From assembly GCA_009602735.1 (NCBI GenBank), contig WELA01003054.1, positions 302,555 to 366,554 of the forward strand: DNA of 64,000 bases, in the 5' to 3' direction. Below the pieces are notes generated by a model that was not told the origin of the DNA, ran no database searches, and saw only the letters and a list, made by a program, of their open reading frames with translations. The DNA is from Mesotaenium endlicherianum. Taxonomy: Eukaryota. Below are positions 23,701-36,750 of this stretch, in pieces; position 1 is the stretch's first letter; every line of letters begins with the position of its first letter. The position numbers and the translations under genes are program-made.

Positions 23701-26700
23701 AACCTCCAGCCATGGCCCAAACCCTGAAGCATCGTAAGAACCGTTAGCGGGCGGCGACATCCTCTCAATGACAGCTGGCAGTACGACGTCAAGGCCCTGC
23801 CCCATCCAAGCAGACGTGTGACCAGGCACTCGGTGGCGGCTGCATCGACGTGCACTTCAGCTGCGCATGCAAGCCTGGCACGTCAGCGGTTTGCTTGTTA
23901 ATCACCGGCACAGTCGCCAGCTCTGCCTCAAACGCCAGAAAGGAGTTGGCCACCGCTTGTCCCTGCCACCCGGCACCAGTGCAAGATAAAAGCTCGGCCA
24001 CCGTACGATCTTGGAAATATGCACAAAGCAGGCACGCGAGAGCTAAGGCCCGGCCCCGGTTCAGGCCAAGGCAGGCAGGCAGTGACATGCCGTCCATTCA
24101 GTGCCAAGTGGCAGAGATACCTGCTTCCTCCTTCCTGCGCTTGCATTCATCCAGAGGGGCTCCTTGAGGTACGAGCCTCAATGGGCCAGGTCCCAGCGCG
24201 CCCCCGTGGGTGCACCTCAAGGACATAGCTTGCGGGCAGGTCAGCCTTGGCAGCAGTGGATGTGCGTACTGGCTGGGCCCCCTGCTGCCCAGTTGGGGGG
24301 GGGGGGGTATGGGGAGAGAGGGGGAGGAGCAGCAGTGCCAGGCTCCAGCCGTTGGCTTGCTGGGGGAGGCGGGCGGCGCAGATCGAGGAGAAGCCAAGTG
24401 CCCTTTCTGCGCCTTTGCTTCTCTGCTGTCGCACCCTGCTTTTGATACACGCGCAGCTCTGTGGGGGAGCTTTTGCCGAGCGCTGGGACATGTGTACCGA
24501 TCGCTTTTGATTAGTGCAATGTAAGAGCCCAGGTTTGAATCTTTAGGCTGCCTGGTGCTGGTTGGAAGTGGAGTGGGGACGCTGGTGGGAGGAGGATTGG
24601 CGTCCGAGTATAGGAGTGGAAGACGTAGGAATGTAGTTCCAGGCACCCTCGGATAGTCCTAGTGGCCAAGAATTTGTGCAAGGATCACTTGTTTTCGTTG
24701 CTTGGCGCCAATGATCATGTAAGCGGTCGCATGCAGGAGCGCATGTTGCTCTTCTATGTGGCGACTGACAGCACCAAATCCAGGAGCTGACTCCGGAGCT
24801 TCATATATTCATCATGTCAAGCAACAATCATGGCATGAGACTTCTGCATACTCGCATACTGTGATCTTTAACTTTTAACATAATGTTAGCAAGGAAGCTT
24901 GCTGCTCATCAGCAACTACCTGACCTTGAACTAGTAGTACCAAGTAACCACCTGCAAGGTGACCTCACCTGCTCTGAATTTTCACTTCACTTACTCTTTC
25001 TTTATCTTCAATACACAAATAACCACTTTACACTCGATACTTAATTCTTACTGGTTCCATCTTTCAATAGATCACTAACCTTGATAGTTTGATCTGATCT
25101 TGTCAGTCTGCGCAACCAGCCAAAGCTGCAGCATCAGCAACAGGTTGGCCACTCTTCAAAAACACTTTTCTGCAACATGTGTGTCGAGTTTGAGCAGTGA
25201 AGAGTGTACCCACATACTTGATGTTGAATTTCTATAGGCCCTGCACGAATGAGAGACCCCTTGGAGCAGAGGCCACTGGAGGAGCGGCAGGAGCAGCAGC
25301 AGTGAGTATGTGTGCTTAGGTTGACTATCTATTAACTTTATGTAATTATGCAGCAAGTTTTTGGTTTAGTGAAGTTTTGACACGTTGGAACATGTCACAG
25401 CAGTACCTGAGCAGTAAACGCAACATCTGATGCACCAACTGCATCCACATGAATAGTCTTATACCATGTTTAAGGTTGCAAGAACATGTGCTCCGTGACA
25501 TAACTTTCATTCTGCACTTGCCCCTAGAATGAAGGTTGCTTATGGAACTTTCCGTGATTGCAATTTGTCTGGTCCTATGCTTTTAGGTATGTTTTCAGAT
25601 CTGCACAGTTTGGTACCGGGTAATAATATGTCCTTTGCATGATCAAGTAAACTGCACATATAATCTGACATAGTTACACTTGACATTCATATCATTTGAA
25701 TCTGGACCACTCCAGTCTCAGTGACTTGGATGACCTACCTACACTCCACCGTAACAAAATAATCAATGTGGCATGATTATAGACCGGATTTTTGTCCCTT
25801 TTCAGAGGAAGGTAAAGTAGCATCACTACAAATAGTAAAAGATGCATGTATAGGTGATTGACATCTGTCTATTTGCCACTTATACTGACCAAAGTTGACA
25901 TGTTTCAAAGTAAACTTGCATATTCTAGAGTGCACCTGCACATCTGTGAACTGCCCTTGTAACCTAGAACTTAATAGTCTGAGACAGCGCTACTGTCCCA
26001 TTGAATAGTACATTCACGTTACATAAAGAGGGTCAGACTTGCTTTTGATGTTAGCATATATACACCAATTGATAGTGTTCTCCCTAGCAGGATGGTTAAC
26101 CCAGGAGGGTCTTTAGTCAAAAACAGAAATATGCACCAGAAGAGGTTTTTCATCATCGTCAACTTCTGCAGCAGGTTGACTGCCATCATCTGCTTGCAAA
26201 AAGCCAGACACAGTCATTAGTATATTTACTTCATATTCGGGGAAAATTCCCTGTTAAATACAAAAGCACATCCATGGAAATGTTGATGCCAATGTACAGT
26301 ATGGGTGGTCTTAAATGGAGCAATTACACATGACCATGCAGGACACTCTTACAAAGATTAGACGCATAGGTTTGTGAAACAAGGAATCAATTGCGAAGTG
26401 CAACTAACAACGTGGAAAAGAAGGAGATTATAAGGTGCTAGCTTTTTCTACTACAAAGTCTAACAGGAAGTATATGTTACGTGATTCATCACCTTCTCTG
26501 CAGAACAAATTTACTTCCATTTTGATACAACAGAAAAGAGTTATAAAAGATGCTGTTACACCGTAAGTGATAACTGGGACACTGACACTTTTTGCAACTT
26601 ATATACACGAGACTGATGCTATATCAGTCTCCATCTTTCCATCATATAACTAATTTACAATTGAGGAAATACCATTACAGAGCTGTCTACACTTTGTCAA

Positions 26701-26720
26701 ATGTGTACTTTCGTGACAAT

Positions 26721-29252
26721 CTACATCTTTCCAAAGCCACTACCAGTGGAGCTGGTGGTGGTAGGCCCAGTAGTCGAGTTGCCAACAACAGGTGCTGTTG
26801 TGTACTCGGCAGTCGTGTATTCAGTGGTTGGTGTAGACGTGTTGGTCAAGCCAGTAGTGCCAGTGGGAGAACTAGTTGTCTGTCCACCTTTAGGCCCCCC
26901 AATGACTGCCTCTTTCACATACTGTGCTGTCTGTGAGAGGGTCTCACCTGCAGACTGAAGAACCGACTGTGTGTTCCTCTTTGCAGCCTCTGCAGTGTCA
27001 CTTGTTGCGTGCCCTGCCTGCTGGCTCTGCTGGCCTACCTTCTCCTGTGTAGAGTCCAGTGTCTGTCTCAGACTATCACCTGCTCTGTTACCTTCCTGTG
27101 CTGAGAAGTCTCTTGCCTCACCAGCCTTGTTCTGAGCAAGCCCAATAGTTTCCTTCACACCTTGCACCACTCCTCCAAGGGCCTGAACTGTCTGCTCATA
27201 GAGATGTCCTGTCTTCTCCTTTGTTGCCTGGTAAGTGCTCTGCGTCGTCTCCACCGTTCTATCCTTGGCAACCTGAGCTGTATCCGCTGTGTAATTCTTA
27301 GCATCAGTTAGGACCTGCTTTGTTTTGTCAGCAGCTGAGTTGTAGGTCTGACCAGCATAATCCTTGGCACTTCCATATGCCTGGCTGGTCTTGTCAGCAG
27401 TGACATCATAAGCCTGCTTACTTTTCTCAGCTGTAGCATCATAAGCCTGCGCAGCATAGCCCTTCGCTCCCTCATATGCCTGCTGGCTTTTGTCAGCAGA
27501 GACATCGTATGCTTGCTTGCTCTTGTCAGCAGTAGCATCATACGCCTGCCCAGCATAATTCTTTGCACCCTCATACGCCTGCTGGCTCTTGTCAGCAGTG
27601 ACATCATATGCTTGCTGGCTCTTGTCAGCAGTCACATCATAGGCTTGCTTGCTCTTGTCAGCAGTAGCATCATATGCCTGCCCAGCATAGTCCTTTGCAC
27701 CCTCATACGCCTGCTGACTCTTGTCACTGGTCACATCCGCTGCTTGCCTAGACTTGTCTGCCGCAGCATCAGCTGTCTGGCCGGTGTAATCTTTGGCACT
27801 GTCATATGTCTGCTTGCTCTTGTCAGCTGCAGTATCCAAAGCAGATGATGTTTTATCCTTTGCTTGCTGAGCTGAATCACCTACTTGGTCACGTGCCTGC
27901 CCATAACTGTTTTGGCAGACAATAAAACCTAAATTAGATATATATGCTCTTTGACTGTTTACAAAGCATCGTACACAGACAGCATAAAACTGCTTTTGAG
28001 CATTAATGCAGACTACGGCAGTGCAAATCAAGCAGACGAATGGGCAAAATGTTCAGATACATGCAACTATCAGCTATCAACTTCCAGCTTTTAAGCTCTC
28101 ATAAATAACACAAAGTGTACTAAAAGACATAACAAGACAAGGAAGTTGTCAATCCACGCCTAAAATGATGGTGAATTTTTTTAGTGAAAAGTTTACCTCT
28201 TTGACGTAGTGTCCTGCGCCGAGCTCAAGTAGTCACCAGTTTGGTCTTTGCCCTTATTGTACTGCTGGGACAAATTGTCCTGGGCAGAGTCTAAGTACTC
28301 TCTAGTGTTTCCCTTTGCCTTTTCATAAGAATCAGCAGCAGAGACCTTGAGTTCTCCAAGCTTGTTTGCTGCTGCATCAGCGTAACTTCCCACCTTGTCC
28401 TGAAACGCAAAGCAGAACTCACATCAGGTGTATTCAGATGGAAGTACTTAACTACATAAGATGAGTCACAGCCATTCCACCAACATGTAAAGAGGACCAT
28501 GTAAAGAGAACGTGTGTTTACCTTAGTTTGCTCCTTTGTGTCCTGAGCAGGACCCTTGTATTCCTCAGTCTTGTCTGCAGCATATTGCTTTGCCTGCTCA
28601 TATCTTCCTTGAGCACCCTGCAACACGTAAAGAATCGAAAGTATATCAATTAGAAGGATAGCATACTCTGTACATCAGATTTTCATGAGAGTCTTGCTTT
28701 AAGAGAAAGTACACATACACCGTATTCCTGGCAAGCCCCACGCTACAAACTACAGGAGAGCTGCAACTTTTCCCACGTTGAGGCTTCCATGAACGTTACC
28801 TGCAGAGCCTCCTGGGCCTTTGCTTGGGCAGCATTGCGGTATTGACCTATGGTCGCATTGGTGGCATCATAAGCAGTCCCAGCCTGCATATGTGACAGTA
28901 ATTAGTTAGCCTGGGTAAGTATTAAATTTATACAACAGAAGTAGTCCTCTGTCAGGTCTATTATATAACACGCTAAATGACATACATATTGTAGACTCTG
29001 GTATCGGCTGCCACTACAATCAAAAAGCATGATTTGACACAGTAACTATGGCCAAGGTATAACTGTGCCCCAAAACAATGCAGATGTCCTGAACCGAAAT
29101 GAACCCAATTGGGAACCGGCACCACTAAACGTTTCTGCATTAAGTAATCATAAGGAAGATATGAGAAAATTATAGCGAACCTGCTTGTTTCCCTCTTCAG
29201 CAGCCCCCTTCGCCTGCTGGTCAAAAGGCTTCGACTCTTGGTAAGACGACAT
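26721..29252 (-). CDS. Late embryogenesis abundant (LEA group 3 / LEA_4-like) hydrophilin, ~546 aa, 5 exons
   Basis: Exons 29252-29181 (MSSYQESKPFDQQAKGAAEEGNKQ), 28883-28800, 28617-28522, 28399-28197 and 27906-26721 are all GT-AG and join in frame. A/K/Q/D/T-rich, with tandem 11-mers AYDATADKSKQ / AYEGAKDYAGQ / AYDVTADKSQQ. Confidence 0.85.
27330..27830 (-). repeat. 33-nt coding tandem repeat array (LEA 11-mer motifs)
   Basis: Recurring units such as gcctgctggctcttgtcagcagtgacatcata at 33-nt multiples. Confidence 0.8.
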
Positions 29253-30532
29253 GACTGCTTGACAAACTTTCAGAACACGGTCGAAAGAAGGTAAATAGGC
29301 GAGCGCTTAGTGTAAAAAGTTGGGTATCCCAGGGTTAACTTATCGATAAGAAAAGGTCACAAAAAGATGAACTGAATTTACACCTGTGGATGAAGCATCT
29401 TATATGCCTGGAGTGCCCTGGAGCAGCCTGGAGTGCTTTCTGTATAGAGCTCCACGAACAGCGCAGGGTGAGGCTGACTTGGGCTGACTCAACAGGCGGA
29501 GCACACCAGAGCACACCTCTCCTTCATGCGCAACGCGGCAGCTGATGTGTAAGCACTATCTTAGTGGCATGCCACCTAGCACGCATGAGTACGTCCGCGT
29601 ACTTGAGCTCGTGACCATGTTGATACATGTTGGCAGCTCGTTAGATTACTGTGGATGCTGGTCGCTTATTCCCGGCGTTGCCCTGAACCGAAGCTAGCTG
29701 GCAGGTGCCAGAAGGTACCAGAAGGTGCGTAGTTCCAGTGAGGCCCAGCTGAGGCCCAGGCTTCCAGCCTAATTCTGACAAGGTACGACGAGGAAGCGCG
29801 AGATCTGGCAAACATTTGGCGGGTTGTGAAAAGCTGTGGGTGGCTTTTGAGCAGTATGCATGTAGGTTGGAGATGTCTCCAGCACGCAAGTTTCCCCAAG
29901 TTTTCCCATGTTTTCCACCTTTTTATGGCAAATTTTGGCGCCCGCATATTTCTTCTTCTTCATCTTCCTTCTCCCATCTCCTCACCTCGCTTGCTGAGTC
30001 AAATCCTCTCATTTCTTACTACATGCTGCTCACATTTTGTCATCCACTCTCTAAAAGCCTTCTTTATAAAGCATTTTAATGCACAGTAACTCTGTATTTA
30101 TCAGCTCTCGGTCATACTTTGTCTTCAATCGCGTGAGTTTCTCTGGCTGTTCCTTCTGTCTCGACTGCGGTCACTGTTTGCATGCAGAGGGCGGCAAGGA
30201 ATTTTGCTTGCCGCAGGTTGAATGTAATGGCAAGGCCCAAAATTTTGCACCGGGGGCTCTCTCTCCCTGGTGAGTGCATGCTGGCGGCTGAAATTTCTGC
30301 AAGTCAAGTCCTCCGAACTGCCGCGTGGCTAGCTGCCCCGTGCTGGCTTAATCTGCAGACAAATTGATAGGCGGTAGCTTTGGTTGTGGTGTGTGCACGC
30401 TTCATCACTAAAATTATGCAGAGTTAATAAGACATGCCTGCCTTCCTTAAGCCTCAAAAATGTGTATCTCATTCTATTCTTTTTGTATAATGTGTAGGCG
30501 AAATGTGATTATGTTTAAAGTCTCGTTCTTTT

Positions 30533-31370
30533 CAGGTTGATTGTACTCGATATTCTCGTCATCCTGGTTCTCCATGTCTCGGGAGTTGCTAGTTTGAGAC
30601 CTTGTCCTTACCATACAAATAAGACTGTGATAACTGCTCCGATACCACTGAAATGAATTGTCTTACCAAATAGGCGATTAACAATAAATGAAGATGTTTA
30701 TATCAGCAAGTAATCTTTATGGATTTTCCGTTTCTTGGTTAAACGGCAAAAGGACAACACACTAGCAGTGAACAATACTCGTAAGTCAAATGCGAGTAAA
30801 CTAGCATCAATAATGCAATCAGTAAAACTCATACATAAGCAAGGTTAGAAGACAGTGCGTATCAATGGCTTCTCGCCTTGGATTCAGCGCTCTCTCAGTA
30901 GGCGATACAAGAGAGTTGGCCTCGTTTCCGAATGCCAAACTCGAGAGCAATGCCTAGCATATGTACATGGAATGAGTTTACTGTTCAACGGCCAGTGCGA
31001 TGGCACCGCCTACCCGGGAGTTAACCACGTTGGTAGGACCTCGGTTAACCAAATCCACCGCCATCTCCCATCATCCCGAATCGCCATCCATCATAGGGAT
31101 GTCATCTGGCCATTCATCTAGCATATCACACTTAGATGCATATCGAGACAGTTCGGTTCTACCGAGAACGGAAGTCAGCTGGCTGTCAAAGAATGTGTCA
31201 GCAAGCGAACTTAAGTTGACTTCAGCCTGCTGCTTCCGGCTGAGTCATTAAGCTACTATTAAATATAAAGTCCAGCAGACTGATTATTTAACTAGAGTTC
31301 ACCAGGCTGAACATGATTAACTATTATATTTGAATGAATATTATATCTACTAATATACTGATTCATTACA
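30533..31370 (-). mobile_element. Family A Ty3/Gypsy remnant A0: 5' LTR (30649-31370), PBS and the first ~80 bp of gag
   Basis: LTR termini TGAAATGAAT...GATTCATTACA (+ strand). PBS TGGTATCGGAGC on - strand (30636-30647). gag start MVRTRSQTSNSRDMENQD is cut at ~30533. Confidence 0.85.
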
Positions 31371-33861
31371 GGGGAACTGTCTTTCCTGACTTTCGCATTG
31401 TTCTCCTGACTTAGCAAAGAAATGTTGGACATCAGGTGGAGCAAGAGCATCCAGATTGTGCACTCTCTGGATGTCTATATTGCTGATGGTCCCCTTTATT
31501 TGGTTGTCAGGCATGCATAGTGAATCCAATTCAGCAGGACCCATAATACCTGCTACGAGGGCAGCTAGTGACGACTCACTATCTCTAGCATCCTCACAGT
31601 CAGTAGACTGGATTACTGACTGTTGCTGTCTTTTAAAGGCTGGTCTTTTCTCTCGACCTTCGGAAGGTGCTTGACTGGACACTGTTCTCTGTAGTGGCCC
31701 AACTGCCGACAATGGTAGCAAATCAATTTTGATGAGGCTGGTCTCGGCTTAGTCCTACCACCACCTCTTCCATAGCCGCCTCGAGAGAAACCACCTCTAC
31801 CTCTAGACTGAATAGCATTGTACTCATACTCATATTCATCACCCTGATTATCCTCAGCCTGGTCTCCTTCAATTGCATTGTAGGAACCGTGGGGCTTTTT
31901 GACAATCTTAGACACCAAAGCATTACTCTGGCGCTTGTGATTGAACTGCTGCTGATCCCAGGCATCAGCATCCTGGATCAAGTTAGCCAGTTTCTCATAC
32001 TTCTTTTCAGCGAAATGACCAGAGACTTCGGATTTCAAGCCATACCTGAAGTACGCTATCCTACACCGTTCTGGCAAGTCTGGCTGTTTCATCATATTCT
32101 CCTGGAACTTTTGAGCAAACTCAGCAACTGAAGTGGCCTGCTTCAGTGTCAGGGAGATCATCCCATAGATAGCTTTCTCCTGCTGGTTGATGACATCAAA
32201 CTTCTCATGCAACTTCTCGACAAACTCTACCCACGTAGGGTCACCGAGTTGCTGAGCCTTACGCTCTCCTTTCCAGTATAGCCACCAGTCTGCGGCACTG
32301 CCTTTCAGTATTGCACCAGTGTGCCTGACCTTCTTGTGATCTTGCAGTTCTAGGTAGTTCTCCAGCCACTGCTCAACATCCGCGAGAAACTTGATCAGGT
32401 AATATTTTCTGTTTCCCTCAGGATCATAGTCCTGGGGAGGTTTCGGCTTGGGCTTACTAGGCCCTCTGCCACCACCAGTAGTGGTTTGAGACCCCAGTNG
32501 TAGTGGTTTGAGAACCCAATTGGTCTCTGTCCTGCAGTAGAGACATTATGATTCTTTTGTCCTCCTGTTGGGACTGATACATGGTCGCCATTTGAGACTG
32601 CATGTGAACAAACAATGCTCCCAAGTCTACACTTTGGAGTGGGAGTCTAGCAAATGCAGCAGCAGCAGTGGCATCTACTTGGTGAGTAGTGTCCTCAACA
32701 GTCTCTCTCGCTCCTGCAGCAGCAATTCCTGTCGCATTCAGCCGGTCACGAATTTGACCTAGGGGTACATTGAGTTGTACAGCAGGAGGTGGGTTCATAA
32801 CATTGGCCCTTGATGCCATAAGTTCTTCGACAGTGTGCTCGTCAGCTGGCTGTCCTTCCCTCCTTTCTGTATCTACAGCGGCCAATGCTAATTGTTCAGC
32901 TTCTAATCTGGCTCTCCCTTCCTCAGCTTGCTGTGTTGCGACTGCGGCAATAGCAGCTGCCTCATCTGCAGCCTCTCTAGCTGCAGTATCTGCCACTGCT
33001 TCAGAATAGGTACGGGTTTCCGCTACATGGCTTTCCGCCTGGTTTTCGACATTCTCATTATCCTGGTTCTCCATGTCTCGAGAGTTGCTAGTTTGAGACC
33101 TTGTCCTTACCATACAAAGAAGACTGTGATAACAGCTCCGATACCACTGAAATGAATCGACTTACCAAATAGACGATTAACAATTATTAAAGATCTTTAT
33201 ATCAGCAAGTAATCTTTATGGCATTTTTCATTAATTGATGAAACAGCAAAGGATAACACACTAGCAGTGAGTAATACTCGTAAGTCAAATGCAAGTAAAC
33301 TAGCATAAATAATGCAATCAGTAAACTCATACATACAAGGTTAGAAGACAATGCGTATCAATGGCTTCTCGCCTTGGATTCAGCGCTCTCTTAGTAGGCG
33401 GTACAAGAGAGTTGGCCTCGTTTCCGAATGCCGAACTCGAGAGCAATGCCTAGCATATGTACATGGAATGAGTTTACTGTTCAACGGCCAGTGCGATGGC
33501 ACTGCCTACCCGGGAGTTAACCACGTTAGTAGGACCTTGGTTAACCAAATCCACCGCCATCTCCCATCATCCCGAATCGCCTTCCATCATAGGGATGTCA
33601 TCTGGCCTTTCATCTAGCATACCATACTTAGATGCATATTGAGGCAGTTCGCTGCTACCGAGTACGGAAGTCAGCTGGCTGTCAAAGAATGAGTCAGCAA
33701 GCTGACTTGAGTTGACTTCAGCCTGCTGCCCCCGGCTGAGTCCTTTAAACTGATAATCATATAAAGTCGAGCAAACTCAATACTACATAAAGTTCAGCAA
33801 ACTCAACTTAATTAACTATTATAATTAAATGAATAATATAGCTACCCATATACTGATTACA
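31371..33861 (-). mobile_element. Family A copy A2, truncated: 5' LTR (33148-33861), PBS, gag and start of pol; interrupted by A0 at 31370/31371
   Basis: gag 33113-31613 is near-identical to A1 gag (zinc knuckle CYHCRQLGHYREQC). The break near 32499 coincides with an N and a duplicated overlap. The LTR abuts family B RNase H sequence at 33862. Confidence 0.88.
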
Positions 33862-35073
33862 GTGCTGGTCACTACGGACCACGACGCGTTGAAGCACCTC
33901 CAGACGCAACCGTATCTCTCAAGGAGACAAGCAAGATGGATCCGATACTTGCAACAATACAACATCACGATTCAGTACCAGCCCGGCAAGACAAACCCGG
34001 CTGACTCCCTCTCAAGACTGCAATTAAACGCAGTGATGACATCCCTGAAGACAGATCTGGAAGCTCGATTTTCAGCCGCCTATGAACGAGACCCTTACTA
34101 CAAGAACGGAGAAGCAGCCTTGGACCCATACAAGAAGCAAGAAGGCAATTATTGGGTGAGGCAAGATACGGGCCATAGATGTGTTCCTGATGACTTAGAC
34201 CTCCGGCTCTTGCTTCTACGAGAAGCACACGACAACCCTTGAAATGAATCGACTTACCAAATAAGCGATTAACAATTAATAAAGATCTTTATATTAGCAA
34301 GTAACCTTTATGGTATTTTCCGTTTAACTGGTTTAACGGCAAAGGACAACACACTAGCAGTGAATAATACTCGTCAGTCAAATGAGAGTAAACTAGCATC
34401 AATAATGCAAATCAGTAAACTCATACATAAGCAAGGTTAGAAGACAGTGCGTATCAATGGCTTCTCGCCTTGGATTCAGATCTCTCTCAGTAAGCTGTAC
34501 AAGAGAGTTGGCCTCGTGTCCGAATGCCGAACTCGAGAGCAATGCCTAGCATATGTACATGGAATGAGTTTACTGTTCAACGGTCAGTGCGATGGCACCG
34601 CCTACCCGGGAGTTAACCACGTTGGTAGGACCTCGGTTAACCAAATCCACCGCCATCTCCCATCATCCCGAATAGCCATCCATCATAGGGATGTCATCTG
34701 GCCATTCATCTAGCATATCGCACTTAGATGCATATCAAGGCAGTTCGCTGCTACCGAGTACGGAAGTCAGCTGGCTGTCAAAGAATGTGTCAGCAAGCTG
34801 ACTTAAGTTGACTTCAGCCTGCTGCTTTCGGCCGAGTCATTAAACTGATAATTATGTAAAGTCCAGCAGACTGATTATTAACTAAAGTTCAGCAGGCTGA
34901 ACTTAATTAACTATTATATTTAAATGAATATTATATCCACTAATATACTGATTCATTACAATCCCTCCAACTTAACTTGTTGTCGCCTCGACAACATTAA
35001 ACTGCAAAAGCTTTAAATAAAGAAACTGACCCTGACCAGCCTCCCTTACTGACTATCTTTTCAGCCTGTCACC

Positions 35074-36750
35074 TTAAGGGGTGGTTCCTGGGGCTTCAGG
35101 ATCAGGGGACGGAGATCTGGACCTAGATCTGGACAGCCCTCTAGGTCTGTCAGCTGGCCTTCTAAAGAACCCTGTTTGCTCTAAAGTTGGCCCTCGAGGA
35201 GAACGGAGGATGGTGGCCTGCTCTTCAACTATTTGGGTGTTGATTCCCACATAGACAGGCATTCCAGTAGGATGCTGAAATACATTGGCTAGAGGTACAT
35301 GCCCCTGAGCGGAGGGGGAGGCTGGCATACCTCTGGCCCACCCGCGTGTCCCTCTTCTGGCACCCCTGTCCTCTGGGGATTTCTGCCTGTGTCTGCTGCC
35401 CAGTACAGTCAGATCAGCTTCTTCCCCTGCTTGGGCAGGTGGGCTGGGGGAGCGAGCGCGGGGTCCAGTTGTCGCCATAACGGGGATCACATTCCACACA
35501 CCTGATCGTGGTTCTTTAGGAAGTGCCACTGCCTGTCCCTGGGTATCCTGAGTACCTGCTGCTGATGCTTCTCCTCTGCCTTGTTCTTCTTCCTCATCCT
35601 CCTCATCCTCCTCCTCGGAGAGAGTAGGGGTCTCGTCCACTAAGTCGTCCTGCTCCCTAGTAGACATGGAGTAGTCTACCGACCTCCCTTTCTTAGGGCG
35701 CGCTGGAGGTTGCTTGGCCTTCAGCCTACTGATATCTATCCGGCCTGCATTCTTTGCCCATTTGACAAAGGCATGCTTTCCCTTAGAGAAGTAGTCTCTT
35801 CCCCTCCTCCTATGTTCCTTGGTCTCTGCATTCATATTGCTCAGGCATCCATTCAGCCTGGGGTCCCAAGGGGCAATGTGAGGTGGTAGGATGAGATAGC
35901 CGTCTAGGCCATAGTGGAAGTCATCCGGTTGGGCTCGGTCACACTCCTGCTTCTTATTTGTGACGGTCATCCACCTCCAGTCTGTTGGCTGCTGGTAGTA
36001 CTGGGGTCCGTGCTCAGCCTTCCTCAGTTTACACGGGAACCAGTGGGGAGAGAACATCTGCTGTCCTGCTTCCCTGGCCAAGTACTCCCAGCTCCTTCTC
36101 TCAACTTCATTGTAAGCTGGCAGGAGTGTGAGGTAGAATACCGTATCCTTAAAGCTATCGGGCCGCATGCTCACCATCCGGATGAGTCTCTGATCTCCCA
36201 CTATTCCCGGTATGGGGACCGGCTTGTCCTCTGAATCATCTGCGAGATACCGGGCCTGCTCTGCTGTATAGCCCACCATCTTAGCATAATCTTCGTAAAG
36301 GACCACGCCGGTGTGTGTCTCGATGTACCTGTCCAGTGCTGTAGCTCCTTCCTTCTGTAGCAGTGTTGTCTGTTCCAGCCTGTTGATCTCCTGGGCTGCC
36401 AGCAATGCTTCCTTCAGGTTATCGAAGTTTTGGCCACCCACCACAGTATACCTGTAAGTGGCCAAGCTCTTCTGTCTGTCCGCTTCAATCTTTTTTCTTT
36501 TCTCCTCTTCTGCCGCTGCCGCTTCTTCTTGCTGTTTCTTCTGTCTCTCCTCCTCAGCCTTCCTGAGGTTTTCCGCTTCCTGATCCTTCTTCCTCTGTGC
36601 CTCTTCTGCCGCCTCTTGTTGTTTGCGGACCCTTTCTTGTTCTCTCCTGGTGAGGGACGTCGCCGCCAGCTCCTTCTGGTATTGCTCCATTGTCCTCCTG
36701 GCTTCTTCTGCCTTGCGCTTTCTGTCCTCCTTTTGTGTGGTGGGCGCCAT
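35074..36750 (-). CDS. Accessory ORF3 of element A1, unknown function (~558 aa): coiled-coil N-terminus, aromatic-rich core, acidic tract, RS/P-rich tail
   Basis: Uninterrupted ORF (35074-36774; ATGs at 36759 and 36750) between the pol stop (37018) and the PPT/3' LTR, same sense as gag-pol. Confidence 0.75.
   Translation of the reverse strand: MAPTTQKEDRKRKAEEARRTMEQYQKELAATSLTRREQERVRKQQEAAEEAQRKKDQEAENLRKAEEERQKKQQEEAAAAEEEKRKKIEADRQKSLATYRYTVVGGQNFDNLKEALLAAQEINRLEQTTLLQKEGATALDRYIETHTGVVLYEDYAKMVGYTAEQARYLADDSEDKPVPIPGIVGDQRLIRMVSMRPDSFKDTVFYLTLLPAYNEVERRSWEYLAREAGQQMFSPHWFPCKLRKAEHGPQYYQQPTDWRWMTVTNKKQECDRAQPDDFHYGLDGYLILPPHIAPWDPRLNGCLSNMNAETKEHRRRGRDYFSKGKHAFVKWAKNAGRIDISRLKAKQPPARPKKGRSVDYSMSTREQDDLVDETPTLSEEEDEEDEEEEQGRGEASAAGTQDTQGQAVALPKEPRSGVWNVIPVMATTGPRARSPSPPAQAGEEADLTVLGSRHRQKSPEDRGARRGTRGWARGMPASPSAQGHVPLANVFQHPTGMPVYVGINTQIVEEQATILRSPRGPTLEQTGFFRRPADRPRGLSRSRSRSPSPDPEAPGTTP

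Noticed and set aside
21340..24646. Numerous 60-180 aa ORFs on both strands
   Set aside because: Expected in GC-rich, low-complexity DNA; no recognisable motifs or consistent exon chain
27330..27830. Regular ~33-nt periodicity suggestive of a CRISPR array
   Set aside because: No unique spacers; coding LEA 11-mer repeats in a eukaryotic gene, no cas genes
32478..32520. Tandem duplication and frameshift in A2 gag (similar case at 44579-44608)
   Set aside because: Duplicated overlap around a single N is a contig-join artefact, not a biological lesion
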